Shown: positions 30,685 to 43,345 of the stretch, piece by piece
Numbering within the stretch: the first letter of the stretch is position 1
Layout of the letters: every line of letters begins with the position of its first letter
DNA from: Trypanosoma brucei
Lineage: Eukaryota
Assembly: GCA_000002445.1 (NCBI GenBank)
Contig: CP000070.1
Span: 864,001 to 928,000, forward strand
Direction: 5' to 3'
DNA length: 64,000 bases
The notes under the pieces: generated by a model
What the model saw: the letters and a program-made list of their open reading frames with translations, nothing else
What the model was told of the DNA's origin: nothing
Databases searched by the model: none
Made by a program: the position numbers and the translations under genes

Positions 30685-30922
30685 AATGCAATACCTTGAA
30701 AATTACACGAAACATGAGGATTCTTTTTTTTTTCGAATGGTGCAAATGAATAAAGAAACAATGTACACAACGTAAGTTCGCACTGTCAAAACTTATTTAA
30801 AAGGGGGATGAGAAGTAAAAAAAATTGAAGATAAATCCGCAGGAGCCTCAATGAAAATTCCAAACGTTTGCACCCCACGAATGCAACGCGAATGCATTTT
30901 CTTGTGTTTCGTGATCAATGAT

Positions 30923-31705
30923 TCAAGTAGCGAACTGTTTAAGTAAGCGCAACCAGTTAAGATATTCTTCCTGCTCCAGAAAGTGCGCCTGAGCCATCAT
31001 ATACTCAGCAAAGCCGTTATTTACACCACGTTCATCCAAATAATCTAGTATTTCATCAGTTAAATCGTCATCAAGTTCATTGAGCATCGGTCCGCGGTAA
31101 CGATAATCCCTGCAGCGTCTGCATTCGATATTCAGTTTCTGCCCGAAAGAAGTACCTACACTTGTTGTTTTACCTGGACCTAAAGCTCCGATAGAGTAGT
31201 CCATTTCCCTATCCGTGCTGTGAACCACAAGCGAATCCATCACCAATTCCATGTCAATCGAAGTTAACCCAAACTCCACGCCCCCTGAGTGTTGATGTTT
31301 CTTTATAAAGAGGTTGAAAACTAGATATTCTTCACCGTTCCGTTCCCCATTGTCCATCCGATATGTTTGTTCATATTTTTTTGGCTCCATCAAGGCAACG
31401 ACGTGCAAATCTTCCCTTGCACTATCATCGGCACCCATTGTTTTTGTCAAATCAAACCTGCAACTTCCAATTTTGTGCTCCATGCTCCATCCCGCCGGCA
31501 CAGCGGGTTTGGGGGGCAAAAAATCGCGTATGGCCTCTTCACTCAATTCACGCGTTGTAAGATCATAAAGCTTCCGGTGGCGGTAAAACGGTACCCGCCT
31601 TATCTGTTGAGGAGTTACCGCAGTGACTGGGTATCCCTGCGGGGAAACTTGGGAGTACAGGCGGTACTCACAAATCGCTTTGCGTGAAGCAACTACACGC
31701 CGCAT
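30923..31705 (-). CDS. Mitochondrial glycoprotein (MAM33/p32/gC1qR) family protein.
   Basis: An N-terminal presequence-like segment MRRVVASRKAI. An acidic C-terminal third ending LDDDLTDEILDYLDERGVNNGFAEYMMAQAHFLEQEEYLNWLRLLKQF, which is the family's characteristic C-terminal helix. Start set at the first Met downstream of a T13 tract plus AG (sense strand) at 31815-31831. Confidence 0.6.
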   Translation of the reverse strand: MRRVVASRKAICEYRLYSQVSPQGYPVTAVTPQQIRRVPFYRHRKLYDLTTRELSEEAIRDFLPPKPAVPAGWSMEHKIGSCRFDLTKTMGADDSAREDLHVVALMEPKKYEQTYRMDNGERNGEEYLVFNLFIKKHQHSGGVEFGLTSIDMELVMDSLVVHSTDREMDYSIGALGPGKTTSVGTSFGQKLNIECRRCRDYRYRGPMLNELDDDLTDEILDYLDERGVNNGFAEYMMAQAHFLEQEEYLNWLRLLKQFAT

Positions 31706-34700
31706 TTTGGGTGAGAACACCTTATACGTATTTTTTTTCCGTTTATGTGAATACCGGTAACAACAAACGAAGCTTATAAGAACAAAAATTGTCACGGATG
31801 TTCTAATTCGAAAGCTGTAAAAAAAAAAAAAGACAGACAAACGTATTAGTCGTTCGAGAAGATCAAGGGATATACACGGAGCACGCCGACAAAATTCTGC
31901 AAAACGTGTCGGCTTGCAGTGAAATATCGCCAAAATGCAATGCCACTAGAGGTACTCATATCATTACAACGCGAAAAATAGAAATACTGTGGTTACGCAT
32001 TACGAAGGCTGTCTGACTTCGAGAAGACACCGAGGAACGAATAATACGCACAAGCGCCCCAATGTGGCGAAAAGCTACTTCAAGGGGTCTGGTGAAAAAG
32101 GTAAGATCTGCACCGATGAGGGAATTTAAAATTCCAAATTTAAGAAACAGAAATTGGGTAAAGGAAAATAAATGCATCAACGACCATCGTCACGTGAAGC
32201 AAAACTCGGTAACCCACGGTTCAGTCAACCGATCTGCATTTGGGTGTGTATGGGGGGGGGGGCGCAGCGGTGCCGTGCTGAATAAATGATAAAATCATGT
32301 ACACCTAAATCAACGACTCCTTCCATCTGTATCGGCTCCCACAGATCATATGCCATAAGATTCAATTCTGGAAGTGAAAGTCGGTACATGTACTTTCACA
32401 CAAAATTCAGATACTGTGAACATTAGCACATGGTTTATGACATAGTTCAGCCAAGCGAAGGGTATCCCGGGGGGTCGAAGTTGCACACTGGACTTCTTTT
32501 CTTTTTCCAAAGCAACAAATTCTCCTAAATGTAACTGCGGATACAATGTCCACAGGCTTGAAATTCCAAACACTAAGTGGGAAATGGCAGTAAACCGTTT
32601 CAACGACAACTAAGACCGAACCCCCAGAAAACTTTGGCAGAAAACACAACCACTCGTGAAACAAAGAAAACTTGCAAACACAACGGTAAGCTCCGAAAGT
32701 CACCGCAATGTTTATTCATGTTTTCCTGTGAGTTTGAAAACCTTTAAAATAGTGCTGTTGAGGACCTTGTGGAGCCCAAACTCCTGAGAGCGAGTCAGTA
32801 GTTAAAAAGGGGCGGAAGTTCAATACTTACACAGACGTCCAACGAATTTTCTATCCCGAAAGCACTAGCAACTGAAGTACAGTGTTATGTGAACGGCGAA
32901 AGGGGGGGCGTGAACATGGCTTCCCACCTCTTCGCATCCGAAAATCTCTTGCCACACTCCATCAAGTGGGTTAATTTACGTTTTCGGGTGTAACGACACC
33001 CTCGCCGCACCCTTGTACGCTCCAGCGATCGCCATATCCGACACAACCTCCTTAATTTAGCATTAGCACTACCAGGCGATCCCAAAAGTTAGCCACCAGG
33101 ATTAACATTTCCTCGTTGTTTCTTTGAGCCCATCTTTCCATAACCGTTTAACTCCAACGACTGGGCTCGTTGCTGCTTTGTGTGCTGCGACGAATGTATA
33201 ATGAAACGTCGTAACATAGTCACACAGGTGGGAAATGGCTGGCAACTCACCTGACTAAAAACAAGGGGGCGCCGACAAGTTAAATCGCCAACTGAAAAAA
33301 CAACCGGACCCTACGCCACATCGCAGATACACACACCGGTACTCTTGTTCAGTGCATTTGTATTTCAACAGTGCTATGAAGCCGCTCGGCACGGTCCACA
33401 CAAGGCACCTAAAGGGGGTTCAGATCCTCTTTTACTCACTTAAATATGTTAAATAAGGCCATCCCTAGCATAGATCCGCGACCACAGCACCATGCAATGG
33501 AAATAGCAACCCTATCCCCCACTCATCTTCAAGCATGTGCACCAGGTAAGCTCATTAAACTGCAAAGAACTTCACTGAAACGCGGAACGGTAACACCACA
33601 ACCAGTTCTAATAAAAGAAATGTTCAGAGGCACTTCTCAATCCCCCACCTCACCCTCTCCAGAACCAACCCCTCATACCCACCGACTACGAAAGTGAAAA
33701 GTGGCGAAGCGCCCAAAACTGACACGAGGAGTGGGCAGCACGAAGCTACGGTGAGAAGGATCATAAAAGTCAGGCGGGCAACCACGCGTATCCGCTGGGT
33801 CAATATCTAAAAAAAAAAAAAGAGGTTGGCTGACCAACGGGCAGGACGCACCCTGTGCGACAAACAACCTGCAAAGATGGAAAAAAAAAAATGCGCCCCA
33901 CTTCCGAGCGGCAAACCAACCCAAATTTCCATACTCCAAATCGGTATACCCCTGCCCTCTTCCGACCGACGGAAATGTTTTCCCGACGCCGTTAGCAGAA
34001 ACACCGCGAGTCGAAGGACATGAGGGGGCGAACCGGACCGGAACAGGCGCGGAGTCCCCTTCCTTTATAACGGCCGGGCTTTCCGGGTCCAACTGGAGAA
34101 CACCAGTTTACCAGCGAGGAAATCGCAGAAAAAAGGTGCCAGGATTTTGGTGCTCGTCAGGGCAAGGGAGCTTCTCTCCAGTAGAGGTGCCCCGCTCGCT
34201 ACGTCGGCCATCCGCTGGCCTTACTGACCCGAGTAGTTTCTAGTTGGAAGAGCGGGGCGACGCCATCACCTCTCTCGTGGAGGTGGGCTCGCAGGGGGAC
34301 GCCTTATAAAGCCGTGTGTTTCTGGTTGCTAACGGTTGCTTACTCGTAATAACTGCAAAGCCCCGCCATCTTCCGCTGACCGCAGCAGACTTCTACGAAC
34401 CCACACACACACACACAAACCGCCCTCATTACGGGTATTTTCCGAGGCCTCAGGCGCGGGTGGTGGCACGTGCTGGTGTTGTGGTGGACGGTGCCTCGTT
34501 TTCGGGGGAATTGAGCTGAGAGGACGGAGGATTCGCTGGTGCGCCGTGTGGAGGAGAAAGCTGGTGTTTCCGTTCCGTTTGGGGAAGGCCACTTCGTTAC
34601 ATTGTGGTGGGCTGCACTTCCTACATATTCCCTTGGATAGGGAAAGCTTCCAACGGTTGGAATTTGAGGACGGTGCCCGCTAATTAAGTTAGTCAATTTC

Positions 34701-37700
34701 GGATTGGCGAGAGATGGCCTGCAAGAGGCTCCTTCTCCTGGTGGTGCCTTAGTGCTAGATTCGCATAAGGGCTGGTGTTGAGTTGAAAAGTGGGTTCTTC
34801 CGCTCCCTCCACACATTCAGTCGTTGGTCCCGCACTGCGGGAGCTAATAAAGGAATTAGACCTTATGAGAACGGCGGAGCGGGAAGCCGCACTGGGAAAC
34901 GGGGTTGGAATGGTTTCTTCCAAAGTTCTGAGAGCCGACAGAAAAAAGACACCATCGTTGAGGGCGGTTGACCCAACACCGAGAGGCAAAAGACAGAACA
35001 ACGCACCCCACTTCTTTCGCAAACGTTCCCATCTTCGTGCTACTGATTCGATTCGAGTGGTTTGGGACGTCGTTGAGGGCAAGAGCCCATCGCCTTATCA
35101 AGCGTTTTCACCGTAATGGGGTCCAGCGGTCATTGCCCAACGTGAGAGAAGACAGGGGCCTTGTGCTTCACCAGGGCCACTTATAAACAAGTGTATTAGA
35201 CCGCGGCAACACGGAACCAGGCACGGCGTCTAAATGCACCTGAAAAAAAAAAAAGCGAAATTTACACAGTTTTTTTTTTCTACCCACCACCACCTTGATG
35301 CTTTAAGACTTCCGGTGGTTTAACCCTCTTCCGGGGCCTCAGTTTGTCAAACAGTAGGAAAAGGTCGGAAGGAAAGGTGTATTCCACCATTCGCGTGAGG
35401 TTGCCCGGTGCGGGACGTGTGGCTTTGTACTTATCGACGTGGCGCGTCGGGATATGGGGGGCTTTAAAAAAAAATGAAAAGTATATATATCAAGAGTTGC
35501 CCCCCAAACTTTCGGTAACAGAGGCGTATGAGAGAAGAAAACGTCAGCGCGTAGGATAAAGGAGGGGAAAATATGACAGCAAAAAATATGGAGGGAGGCC
35601 ACTGCAGCGACAGGCATCTTCGTGCGAAGTCCGGAACCTCAACCTCGAATTGCAGAAACAGGATGTCAAAATGTGCCCCAACCCGCGCTCTTTTGCACCG
35701 AAGTCGTTTGGATGACGGATATCGACTCATTGTGGGAATGCCGGCAAAAAAATGGGGCAAAAGGAAATGAAGATAAATTTGAATACTACGATAGTGTCCC
35801 GGAAAAGCTATCATAGCACTCTCAGCTCCGGCACGGCCGTGCAAACATTCATGAACATAAGTCCTCGTGCAACGGATTAGGGTGTGCCGCCCAGTAACTG
35901 ACTGCGTTGCATGGTAGCGTACGTGTCGCGCGTGGCCCGCTATCATGCCCGTAAATTTACATCTTGGCGATTGCAAAAAAAAAAAACGGTCATCAGTACC
36001 ATTACGAAGAATAAGTCCGGCTAAACTGAAGAAGATTTCGAAGATTGGGGCAACGAGCCCGGGAGGTTTTACTAGAAGGGTGCTGGGAGGTATTGTGAGG
36101 GTGTCGGTTAGCATCGGCGGCCGCTGCTCGTGAATAAAATCCTATGCCCAATTCGGCGGAAAAGCAATAACGTGGCGTCGGGTCCTGTCGCATTGTACAT
36201 TCATGGGCAGCGGAGAGTTGACAGAAATTTACATCTGCGGAACGCCACTTCCGTGCCTCCGCCCAGGAAATCGATGCATTGCACAGCGTGGGGATCAGCC
36301 GTGTCGTGTTGGAACAGCATTTTCTCTCCCCGTTGGTCGCTGGGCGCACTCTCGTACACTGCCCGCAGCACTACCCGCGCCAAGGAGCTTTTGGAACCGC
36401 AAGGCGCAGGCGTGGGGGGGGGGGCGCACGCCTTTGACGAAAGTGCAAGGACAAGTCAACACACAAAAAAATATAAAACGAACGCAAAGGCATTTCTTTG
36501 CAAATGGACAATCAGGGGTGAGTAGGGGGCGAAGCTGTTACGCTCGCATGGGAGGGGCTGCGGCCGCACCGGGGAATGGGGCCCAGGCACAGGCTCCAGT
36601 TGAAATTCTTCGCCGAAGTGTCGCGACAGCGGATCCACAAGTTTGGGGGGCACTGGTGCCTCGACAGGTCTAAACATTTTCCACAATAGGGGAAGAGGAC
36701 GTGCCAGTTTGGGCTCAATGGAAGTGGGAAGAAGGGGCCGCCCCTCTGGCGAAGTGACTTCGGGGCCGAGATAGCAACCAGAAACCGGGATTTCAACGCG
36801 CATGAAGGAGCGTTGCGGGTCAGATAGCGCTGTGTTGCTAGGGGATGCGGTATTGGGTGGTCAGTGCGATGAAACCTTCAGCATCAGCAGGCAAAGCTGG
36901 AGATCCCCCTCAGCAATTTGTGAGCCACGCGCAGTTTGAGTGAAAACAGGAAAGGGCGGACCCCAAAGACGGGCGACCAAGGAGAGCACCAAACAGATGA
37001 TTTTGGAGTGCAAAACGGGAGAATAGTTTAGCCTCACAGCTGACTAGGCGTTTTTCAGAAGTTGGAAGTAGTGGGCGAGTATGCTAAGGAAAGCGGTCAT
37101 TACTTTCAACACCCCATCCCTCGCTTACCTTCGAAGCTCGTGTGGTCGAAAGTCGATGACTCGCCCGCTGCCACGCGTTCCAGAGCGTTTGAAGAGTTGG
37201 CAGCTTTGATTTCCATTGGGATGGGGAACTGAAAGGTATCACATCACTTGGCTCAGTGTTAATATCTGGCGGTATTACACCTGGTGTGTGTGTGCGTGGA
37301 TGTGAATGTGAAGGGGGGGGGGACCGTCAGGGGAAGAAGTTGCTTTCTTAGCCACGTAAGGGGATCTTAGTACCCCTCCCCGAAGACAAGAAGTTTGTAC
37401 GGGCATGAAGGGCTCTCTTACATGCAACGAGTACTAAGGAGGAAGTTAATTGCGGGGCTTGGAACTGCCTTCGCAATATCTCGAAAAAGTAATGCTGCAC
37501 CCAGTTTAGGGACTCCAGGGACCCAACACCTCATGCAAGTACATGCGTCTCTGTAGTCTGCCTCCTCCCTCGAGCTTTTCTTAGCTGCACCACTCCCTTT
37601 TTTTTAAAAAATCCCGAAACAAAAAAAAAGTAAAGGGATTAAATGTGATTAGCAAGGAAAATAAATGAATGCTTGTTCGGTCGTATTCAATTGAGCTCCA

Positions 37701-38879
37701 CAGCAGAAATCACATTGGGACGGCAACGGCGACACCGACCAGCAAGAACGACAACCAAATCCTACCACCTTCGGTCGAGGTATCGGCAGGTTGGATGAAA
37801 TAAACATCTCGAGCAAACACATTGCTGAACCCCCTTCTGTTAATGGTCATCCACGCAAAAGGAGAGCAGGAGAAAGGACAAACAAATGCGTCTGGAGGGA
37901 ACACACTAATGATACGAACCAATGTTCCAAGCGACTAACATCAGCGTTGTTTCTACTCCCTCCTCCTTCCTTCAGCCAAATGTACATGAAACGTAAGCAA
38001 AGTTGCCAGTTTAGGTGGAATTTATAATTAAACCACCTTGGCATCATGGGCTACCAAACTGTGCGGGTTGAAAAGGAATTGTCTTCAAGGTTTAAAAAAA
38101 AAAAAGATATTGGCATTAGCGGGGGAGCCGATGCGCCACGTCTGCTCTGCGGGCGCCTCCTGCCATGAAACCCCGTTCGGACCCAACACGATGCATCGGT
38201 ACCGCAAGAGCGGAACTGATCCCATCCCCTCCCACGGCAACCGGTGCAATTCCCGCTTAATTCGCCTCCCTGTGCCGTGCCCTACGGTTCGTACAATCCA
38301 GCTGTTCTACGCGGGGAAATAAGTATTCAGACCCGCAGCTCCTTACCCAAACAAAACAGAGAAATGAGAGAGGCGTGACGCGCGATACGCACAAAAAAAA
38401 GAGCTGCAATAATGAGGCAGATAGAAGTTTACAGCCCCACGATGATGTGCAAAAAGAAATGCGAAAGGTAATTGAACTCCATCGCTGTTGCACGCGGGCG
38501 TGCATGTGAATCAAAGTGACATGATCTGGTCAAATTGCCATGACATGCGGGAAAAGCAAACACCGGACGGGTTAATAGGAACACGTAGAACAAATTAACG
38601 GAACAAAAGAGAGCACCGCGACAAAAAACGAGATGATCACATATTTAGTCGACAGGAGTACGGAGCACCAAAAATCACCGCCTCCAATGCGAGGGTGCAC
38701 ATAAGTAAATTAAAACACAATACCGGCCGTTCACTTCCATGAACAAAAGCAAAATGAAAAGAAAAAAGGCAACATTAGGAGTGTCGCCCCCTTGTCCGTA
38801 ATCCGGTGAGAGCGAACTTGGCCCTGGTTTGTGAAACGCAGGCATCGGCAACGGCTGCCCAGTTCATTTCGAGCAACAT
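31706..38879. other. A 7.2-kb interval with no credible ORF on either strand, lying between two same-strand genes.
   Basis: Only ORFs shorter than 220 aa, with non-protein-like composition. The plus strand is purine-rich with G10-G11 runs (32252, 36414, 37313) and A10-A13 tracts. No internal repeats detected. Confidence 0.6.
31815..31831 (-). promoter_or_regulatory. Polypyrimidine tract (T13 in the sense strand) followed by an AG. This is a putative trans-splice acceptor region about 110 nt upstream of the 31705 start codon.
   Basis: The plus strand reads 'ctgtaaaaaaaaaaaaagacag'. This is the kinetoplastid polyY-AG signal architecture. Confidence 0.4.
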
Positions 38880-41360
38880 TTACTTGTATAATCCCCGCAC
38901 GAAATTTTTAACCCCACTCCGAAGTGATTTGGCCGCCTTCCGAACGATTCCTCGTGAATTTCCATTTTCCGACAGCACTGGGTACGTGTAGGGTTCTAAA
39001 GCAACACCGGTCGTTTGAAACTTGAGTATGGCATTCTCTTGTAAAAGGAACGGGGCATCGAGTGCGCGGCAGAAGTCCTTGTCGAACTCGATCACCGCAA
39101 GATGTTCACTATTCTGTTCGGCATTTGTATCCTCCTCCCCGGACGTGTCCTGCTCAAACGTGAGCTGTTTCACGGCACATATAAATTCATCGTGGTACTC
39201 GCCCTCATTGTCTTCGGCAGATATGATGAAAGTCAGCGCATCACTTGAGGTTACGGGAATACCGTCCTCTCGCAATCGGGGTACGACCAAACTGTCCCAT
39301 GCCTTACGCACAGCCTGCTCGATCTCAGAACACGGAACACCTACGGGAATGCCCTTTGCTATAAGGGCGCATCCCCAGTTCTCCACCGGCACAGGGCGTT
39401 TGAGAAAGGCTTGGCTCATAGATGGAAAGTGTATGTCGATGTTGCGCCCGAGCAACAGTTCAATATTCCGAAACTTGCTCTTGTCTTCGAACGCGTTTTC
39501 ATAACGGCGCTGAGTTGCAATCACCATATTGGATGCAGCCGCCTTTAGGCCGCAAATACCCCGCAAAATGTTACTGTGCATGGCGGCCGAGTTGGTGTAA
39601 AGACGCGCAATGGTGTCGCCGTTGTAAACATACAGTTCCGAGAGGGCCCGACCTATGGCGGCGGGGTACAGTGACGGGTTGCACGCCTCCTGCCACGTGG
39701 CCACGGAGTCCCTTCGAGGGGAACCGCTTAACTGCAACATTGCTAAGGTGGTTTCCAGAGGTCTCTCGCCTTCCTGCTCTTCTAGCGGGGGTAGTCGGTT
39801 CTGATCGACGAAGCTGTCGGGCTCCAACCTGAGATAGGCTAACATATTTAATGTTGATTGGAAACAGGTGTAAAAACACCCAATGTTTGTTCGATCCAAT
39901 GAGTCGGCGCAGTTCACTCGCACAAAGCTGGTTTGGCAGGAGTTCCGCGTAACGCCTCCATCAACGCCTATGGTTCCAGCGGTAACCAGTTCGTCTGTAG
40001 AAAATGTGGCGAGCAGGGTTGTCCAAAAGGTTGTAGTGGTGCGGTCAATACCCTGTTCCTTTAACATGTTGAGCCAGTCGACGTGCACGAGATCAAGTTG
40101 AGACCCCGGAAACGCCTGCTGCAGCGCCGCTTGTGATTTCGTGACGGCTTCTGTAAAGTGTTTTGTCAGAGCTTCCTCACTGCTATGATGACTTTGACGA
40201 AGCATATTGACGCAGCGCAACCTGGGGCCCCTGCCGGTGAGCTGTTCTCCCGAGTCGTACCTCATGATGGCAACCAGTTGAGTGAAGACGAAACTGAAGT
40301 ACGAATCGCACCCTCGGAGAACTTCTTCCTTATTTTGACTGAACATCATTGCTGGCTCCGAGATAGTCTTGCTGATTCGTGTTGACCAATGTACGGGAAC
40401 CGTGCCCCTAAGTATTGTGTGTTTGGCAAACTGAATAGGGCCATTGCCACCGCCCTGTCTCCACATCACATACTCGTACACGTGGTCGTTTCCCACCGCA
40501 TTGACTGCGTTCAATCCTCTACCGAAGTACCGGGGGCCTGGATTGAGGTTATTTTGTCTCCCGCACAGCAACACATGAAGGATTGAGCCGTCTTTAAGCA
40601 AAACCTCCTTCTCCGCAGCGAACCCGCGGAGCAACACCGAGCAACAACTTTCAACGCCTGCTGTTATAAACGGTTTTCGTAGCTGCCTTGACCAGTCACT
40701 GTGAAACTGTGGGCCGTTACCGTCTTTTGATGAAACGAACGGAAACGGCCGCCGTAAGTCGCAGTCATCCGAATAGTAATAACCCCCTTCATGGCTATAG
40801 GTCTCAAACTCCTTCAACCTATTTCTATCCCCCGACGTCAGGTACAGGGGTTCCGAACCGGGAATTCCAAACGAAATCCACTCCGTGCCACCAACCCGGA
40901 GGATTGCGCCACCAAATGGCAGCACCGCAGCCTCCTCAACTTTTGTAGCAACAAGGAAATACATCCTGTCGAGACGTAGGCATCCGAACAACGCCGCAAA
41001 CTCCACAAAGGACTCGAATGGACCACACTGTCTGTATGCGTCTCTCAAATTTGGAAACTCTCTATGGCAAAGCTTGTCGTAGCGCTGAATTTCTCCCCTT
41101 TCATCGACCACCAGCGGCACGCAATATGAACCGGCAGACCACTTTTGCCACTCCACCTCGTTTCCCGTTGCGGTTTCAGGTTGTTTGGCCACTGGTGACG
41201 AGGGCTTTTCAAAAAACATTAGCAGTTCCGGCTCTTTGGGAGGAGGCGGTGGCAACGGGCGAGCAAGAACTACAAAAAGTATACTTGTTCCGTCCTTTAC
41301 AGCCACGGCACACCGCTTGCGCGGGCTCTTCTCCACGTACATTTTTTCAGCCCTATTCAA
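38880..41360 (-). CDS. SAC-domain phosphoinositide phosphatase (Sac1/Fig4 family). No C-terminal transmembrane segment is evident, so it is more Fig4/Sac3-like than Sac1-like.
   Basis: The catalytic CX5R(T/S) motif sits inside RVNCADSLDRTNIGCFYTCFQ. The length is 826 aa. Confidence 0.85.
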   Translation of the reverse strand: MNRAEKMYVEKSPRKRCAVAVKDGTSILFVVLARPLPPPPPKEPELLMFFEKPSSPVAKQPETATGNEVEWQKWSAGSYCVPLVVDERGEIQRYDKLCHREFPNLRDAYRQCGPFESFVEFAALFGCLRLDRMYFLVATKVEEAAVLPFGGAILRVGGTEWISFGIPGSEPLYLTSGDRNRLKEFETYSHEGGYYYSDDCDLRRPFPFVSSKDGNGPQFHSDWSRQLRKPFITAGVESCCSVLLRGFAAEKEVLLKDGSILHVLLCGRQNNLNPGPRYFGRGLNAVNAVGNDHVYEYVMWRQGGGNGPIQFAKHTILRGTVPVHWSTRISKTISEPAMMFSQNKEEVLRGCDSYFSFVFTQLVAIMRYDSGEQLTGRGPRLRCVNMLRQSHHSSEEALTKHFTEAVTKSQAALQQAFPGSQLDLVHVDWLNMLKEQGIDRTTTTFWTTLLATFSTDELVTAGTIGVDGGVTRNSCQTSFVRVNCADSLDRTNIGCFYTCFQSTLNMLAYLRLEPDSFVDQNRLPPLEEQEGERPLETTLAMLQLSGSPRRDSVATWQEACNPSLYPAAIGRALSELYVYNGDTIARLYTNSAAMHSNILRGICGLKAAASNMVIATQRRYENAFEDKSKFRNIELLLGRNIDIHFPSMSQAFLKRPVPVENWGCALIAKGIPVGVPCSEIEQAVRKAWDSLVVPRLREDGIPVTSSDALTFIISAEDNEGEYHDEFICAVKQLTFEQDTSGEEDTNAEQNSEHLAVIEFDKDFCRALDAPFLLQENAILKFQTTGVALEPYTYPVLSENGNSRGIVRKAAKSLRSGVKNFVRGLYK

Positions 41361-41991
41361 AAACGAGAAAAAAAATCAATAGATATACAAATATATATAA
41401 ATGTGTACGTCTGTGGGTACCAGGGTGGCCAATCAACGCGAGTCTTCTTCCTTGTGTGCAAAGGGCCTTATTTCCACAGTGGTCACCCGACACCAACTTG
41501 GTCGCACTCCTTTCTTCCTTCCGCCTACTCCTCTTACCGAAAACGAAATAAAAATGTAAAAAGGGTAAGCCATACGAAAAATAAAGAACTATTATTGAGG
41601 GGGGGGGGTTGCGTCTGGCACAGCTGACTGACGGCACATACCCTCAATTCCTCCCCCATTTCCTTCTTCTTTCTCCGCTGACAATTCCGAGAGTACCATC
41701 ATTAGTCATATTTGTTTTCTTTATTTTCTTCTCGTTTTTGTTGCTATTTTGAGGACGTTGCGGAAAAATGAAGACCCTAACGGTTAAAAGGGAAGAAAAA
41801 CGATACGATTAACATACACACTTGCACACATGTACATATGTACACATAAAAAAAAAACTAAATGGCTAAATAAATTAAACAGTCTAAAAAAAAAAACACT
41901 GATGCAACAAGACGTTGCGGTGGTGCTTATGCACCGGAGAGAGAAGGATGGGGAAAAGAGAAGACACGGATCGTAGTTAAGGATCAATCTG

Positions 41992-42930
41992 TCACTTTGG
42001 GATGTATTTCTCATTACCCACCGCCTCATCCATCCGCTCCAACCACGGCTTGATTGTTGTTGCTTCGATAATTTCATTGTATAGTCGATGCCCTCTGACG
42101 GACTGCAGCACACCGTGGGTGTCCAAATCCGCGAGATCCGGCTTGGAACCGCCATGAAACTTCTTTTTCCCGTCGAGTAAACCCTCCTTAACAAACCTGT
42201 CAATTTCATTATGGAGTTTCACCTTTGGATCGTCCGTGGGGAGCAAGTCCCCGCTTTTTAGGAGTCGTGGTTTCGTGACGTACTGCGCCACGAGGTACAT
42301 GACCGGTGCACCCACAAGTTTTAGAAAGATCTTGTTCTTATACGGGATAGTTTCGATGTTGTCAATGTACGAGTATGACCCCCATGAGTTTAGGAGGGAT
42401 GAATTGAATTCCAATGTTAAGAGCCGAACCATAGGCCCACGAGCCCACTCACGCCATTTCTTAACTTCAGGGTCCTCCAACTGCTTTCCCATTCCTACGT
42501 GTTTCGCAACGGTACTGACTATTACCTCCGAATCCACGAGGAAAGGACCGTCATCACCCCTTACACAGAACTTCAGCTGTGGCACCTTCTTGTACGCACT
42601 CATGGATATCTCCTTTTTAAACATTGGCTCCACCTCCACACACTCGTATCGGATTTTGTTGTAATCGAGAAAACTCTTCGTGGTGGCACAAAAAGGGCAC
42701 GTTGAGTAGCGGTAGAGAAGAATGGGTGGGCACTTCTTTGGGTCGGTGATATGCGACAGTGCAAACTGCAGCTCCGTCTGGTCCTGCGCAGCGTTGAAAT
42801 CCTCAGCGGTGCAACTCCTGTTTTCCTCCAACCGCCGCTGATATGTCACATAGCCGCCAGCAAAACCCAAACCCGCCAAAGCGCCTGTGGCACACAGAAG
42901 CTTCCGTGACATGGACCCCTTTGTGAACAT
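41992..42930 (-). CDS. Glutaredoxin/GST-fold protein with a CPFC motif (prostaglandin E synthase 2-like).
   Basis: A hydrophobic N-terminal anchor (LLCATGALAGLGFAGGYV). It is followed by LLYRYSTCPFCATTKSFLDYNKIRYECVEV, a Grx-like CPFC active site, and a GST-C-like helical domain. Confidence 0.55.
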   Translation of the reverse strand: MFTKGSMSRKLLCATGALAGLGFAGGYVTYQRRLEENRSCTAEDFNAAQDQTELQFALSHITDPKKCPPILLYRYSTCPFCATTKSFLDYNKIRYECVEVEPMFKKEISMSAYKKVPQLKFCVRGDDGPFLVDSEVIVSTVAKHVGMGKQLEDPEVKKWREWARGPMVRLLTLEFNSSLLNSWGSYSYIDNIETIPYKNKIFLKLVGAPVMYLVAQYVTKPRLLKSGDLLPTDDPKVKLHNEIDRFVKEGLLDGKKKFHGGSKPDLADLDTHGVLQSVRGHRLYNEIIEATTIKPWLERMDEAVGNEKYIPK

Positions 42931-43345
42931 AACTGTTGTGTCTCTCCCTACCCCTTTATTTGTATTTTTTGTCTAATCTTTTGGTCCTTCGCCCTTCCTG
43001 CTTGAAATGATTGGCCGAATTCTCTGATTCTCCGGAGCTACAAGGGAGCGTAACGGTTGTGAAAGATAACAGGAGGATGTGCATCACGAAAATAGGAATT
43101 AATCCAGAGTAAGAAGAAAAGAAGAAAATGGGGGAATGATAAACCCAACGAACCGGGCAAACGAGGTGACAGCAAAGCCATAGATGGCGCTATACGAGAG
43201 AAAAGGAGTTATAACGATATAAACGTTGTGACCAACGTCGAAAAAGCGTGTGACGTTCATCACCAGATGAACCAACGAGGTTGCGTAACGTGCTTCTGTA
43301 TGCATTGATTTGGCCGTATGTACGTTTATGTGGAGATTATGCTCG

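Noticed and set aside
31706-31933. Upstream extension of the MAM33-like ORF (MAIFHC...FFFFYSF...)
   Set aside because: It reads through the polypyrimidine tract and AG acceptor (poly-Phe codons are polyT). The real start is the first Met after the splice signal, at 31705.
33673-36803. Short ORFs inside the 7-kb gap (for example 34340..34816 on -, 35464..36114 on -, 36203..36673 on +)
   Set aside because: Their length is below 220 aa. They contain homopolymer-derived poly-F/G/K stretches, have no recognisable motifs and show mixed strand orientation. I treat them as chance ORFs pending transcript evidence.
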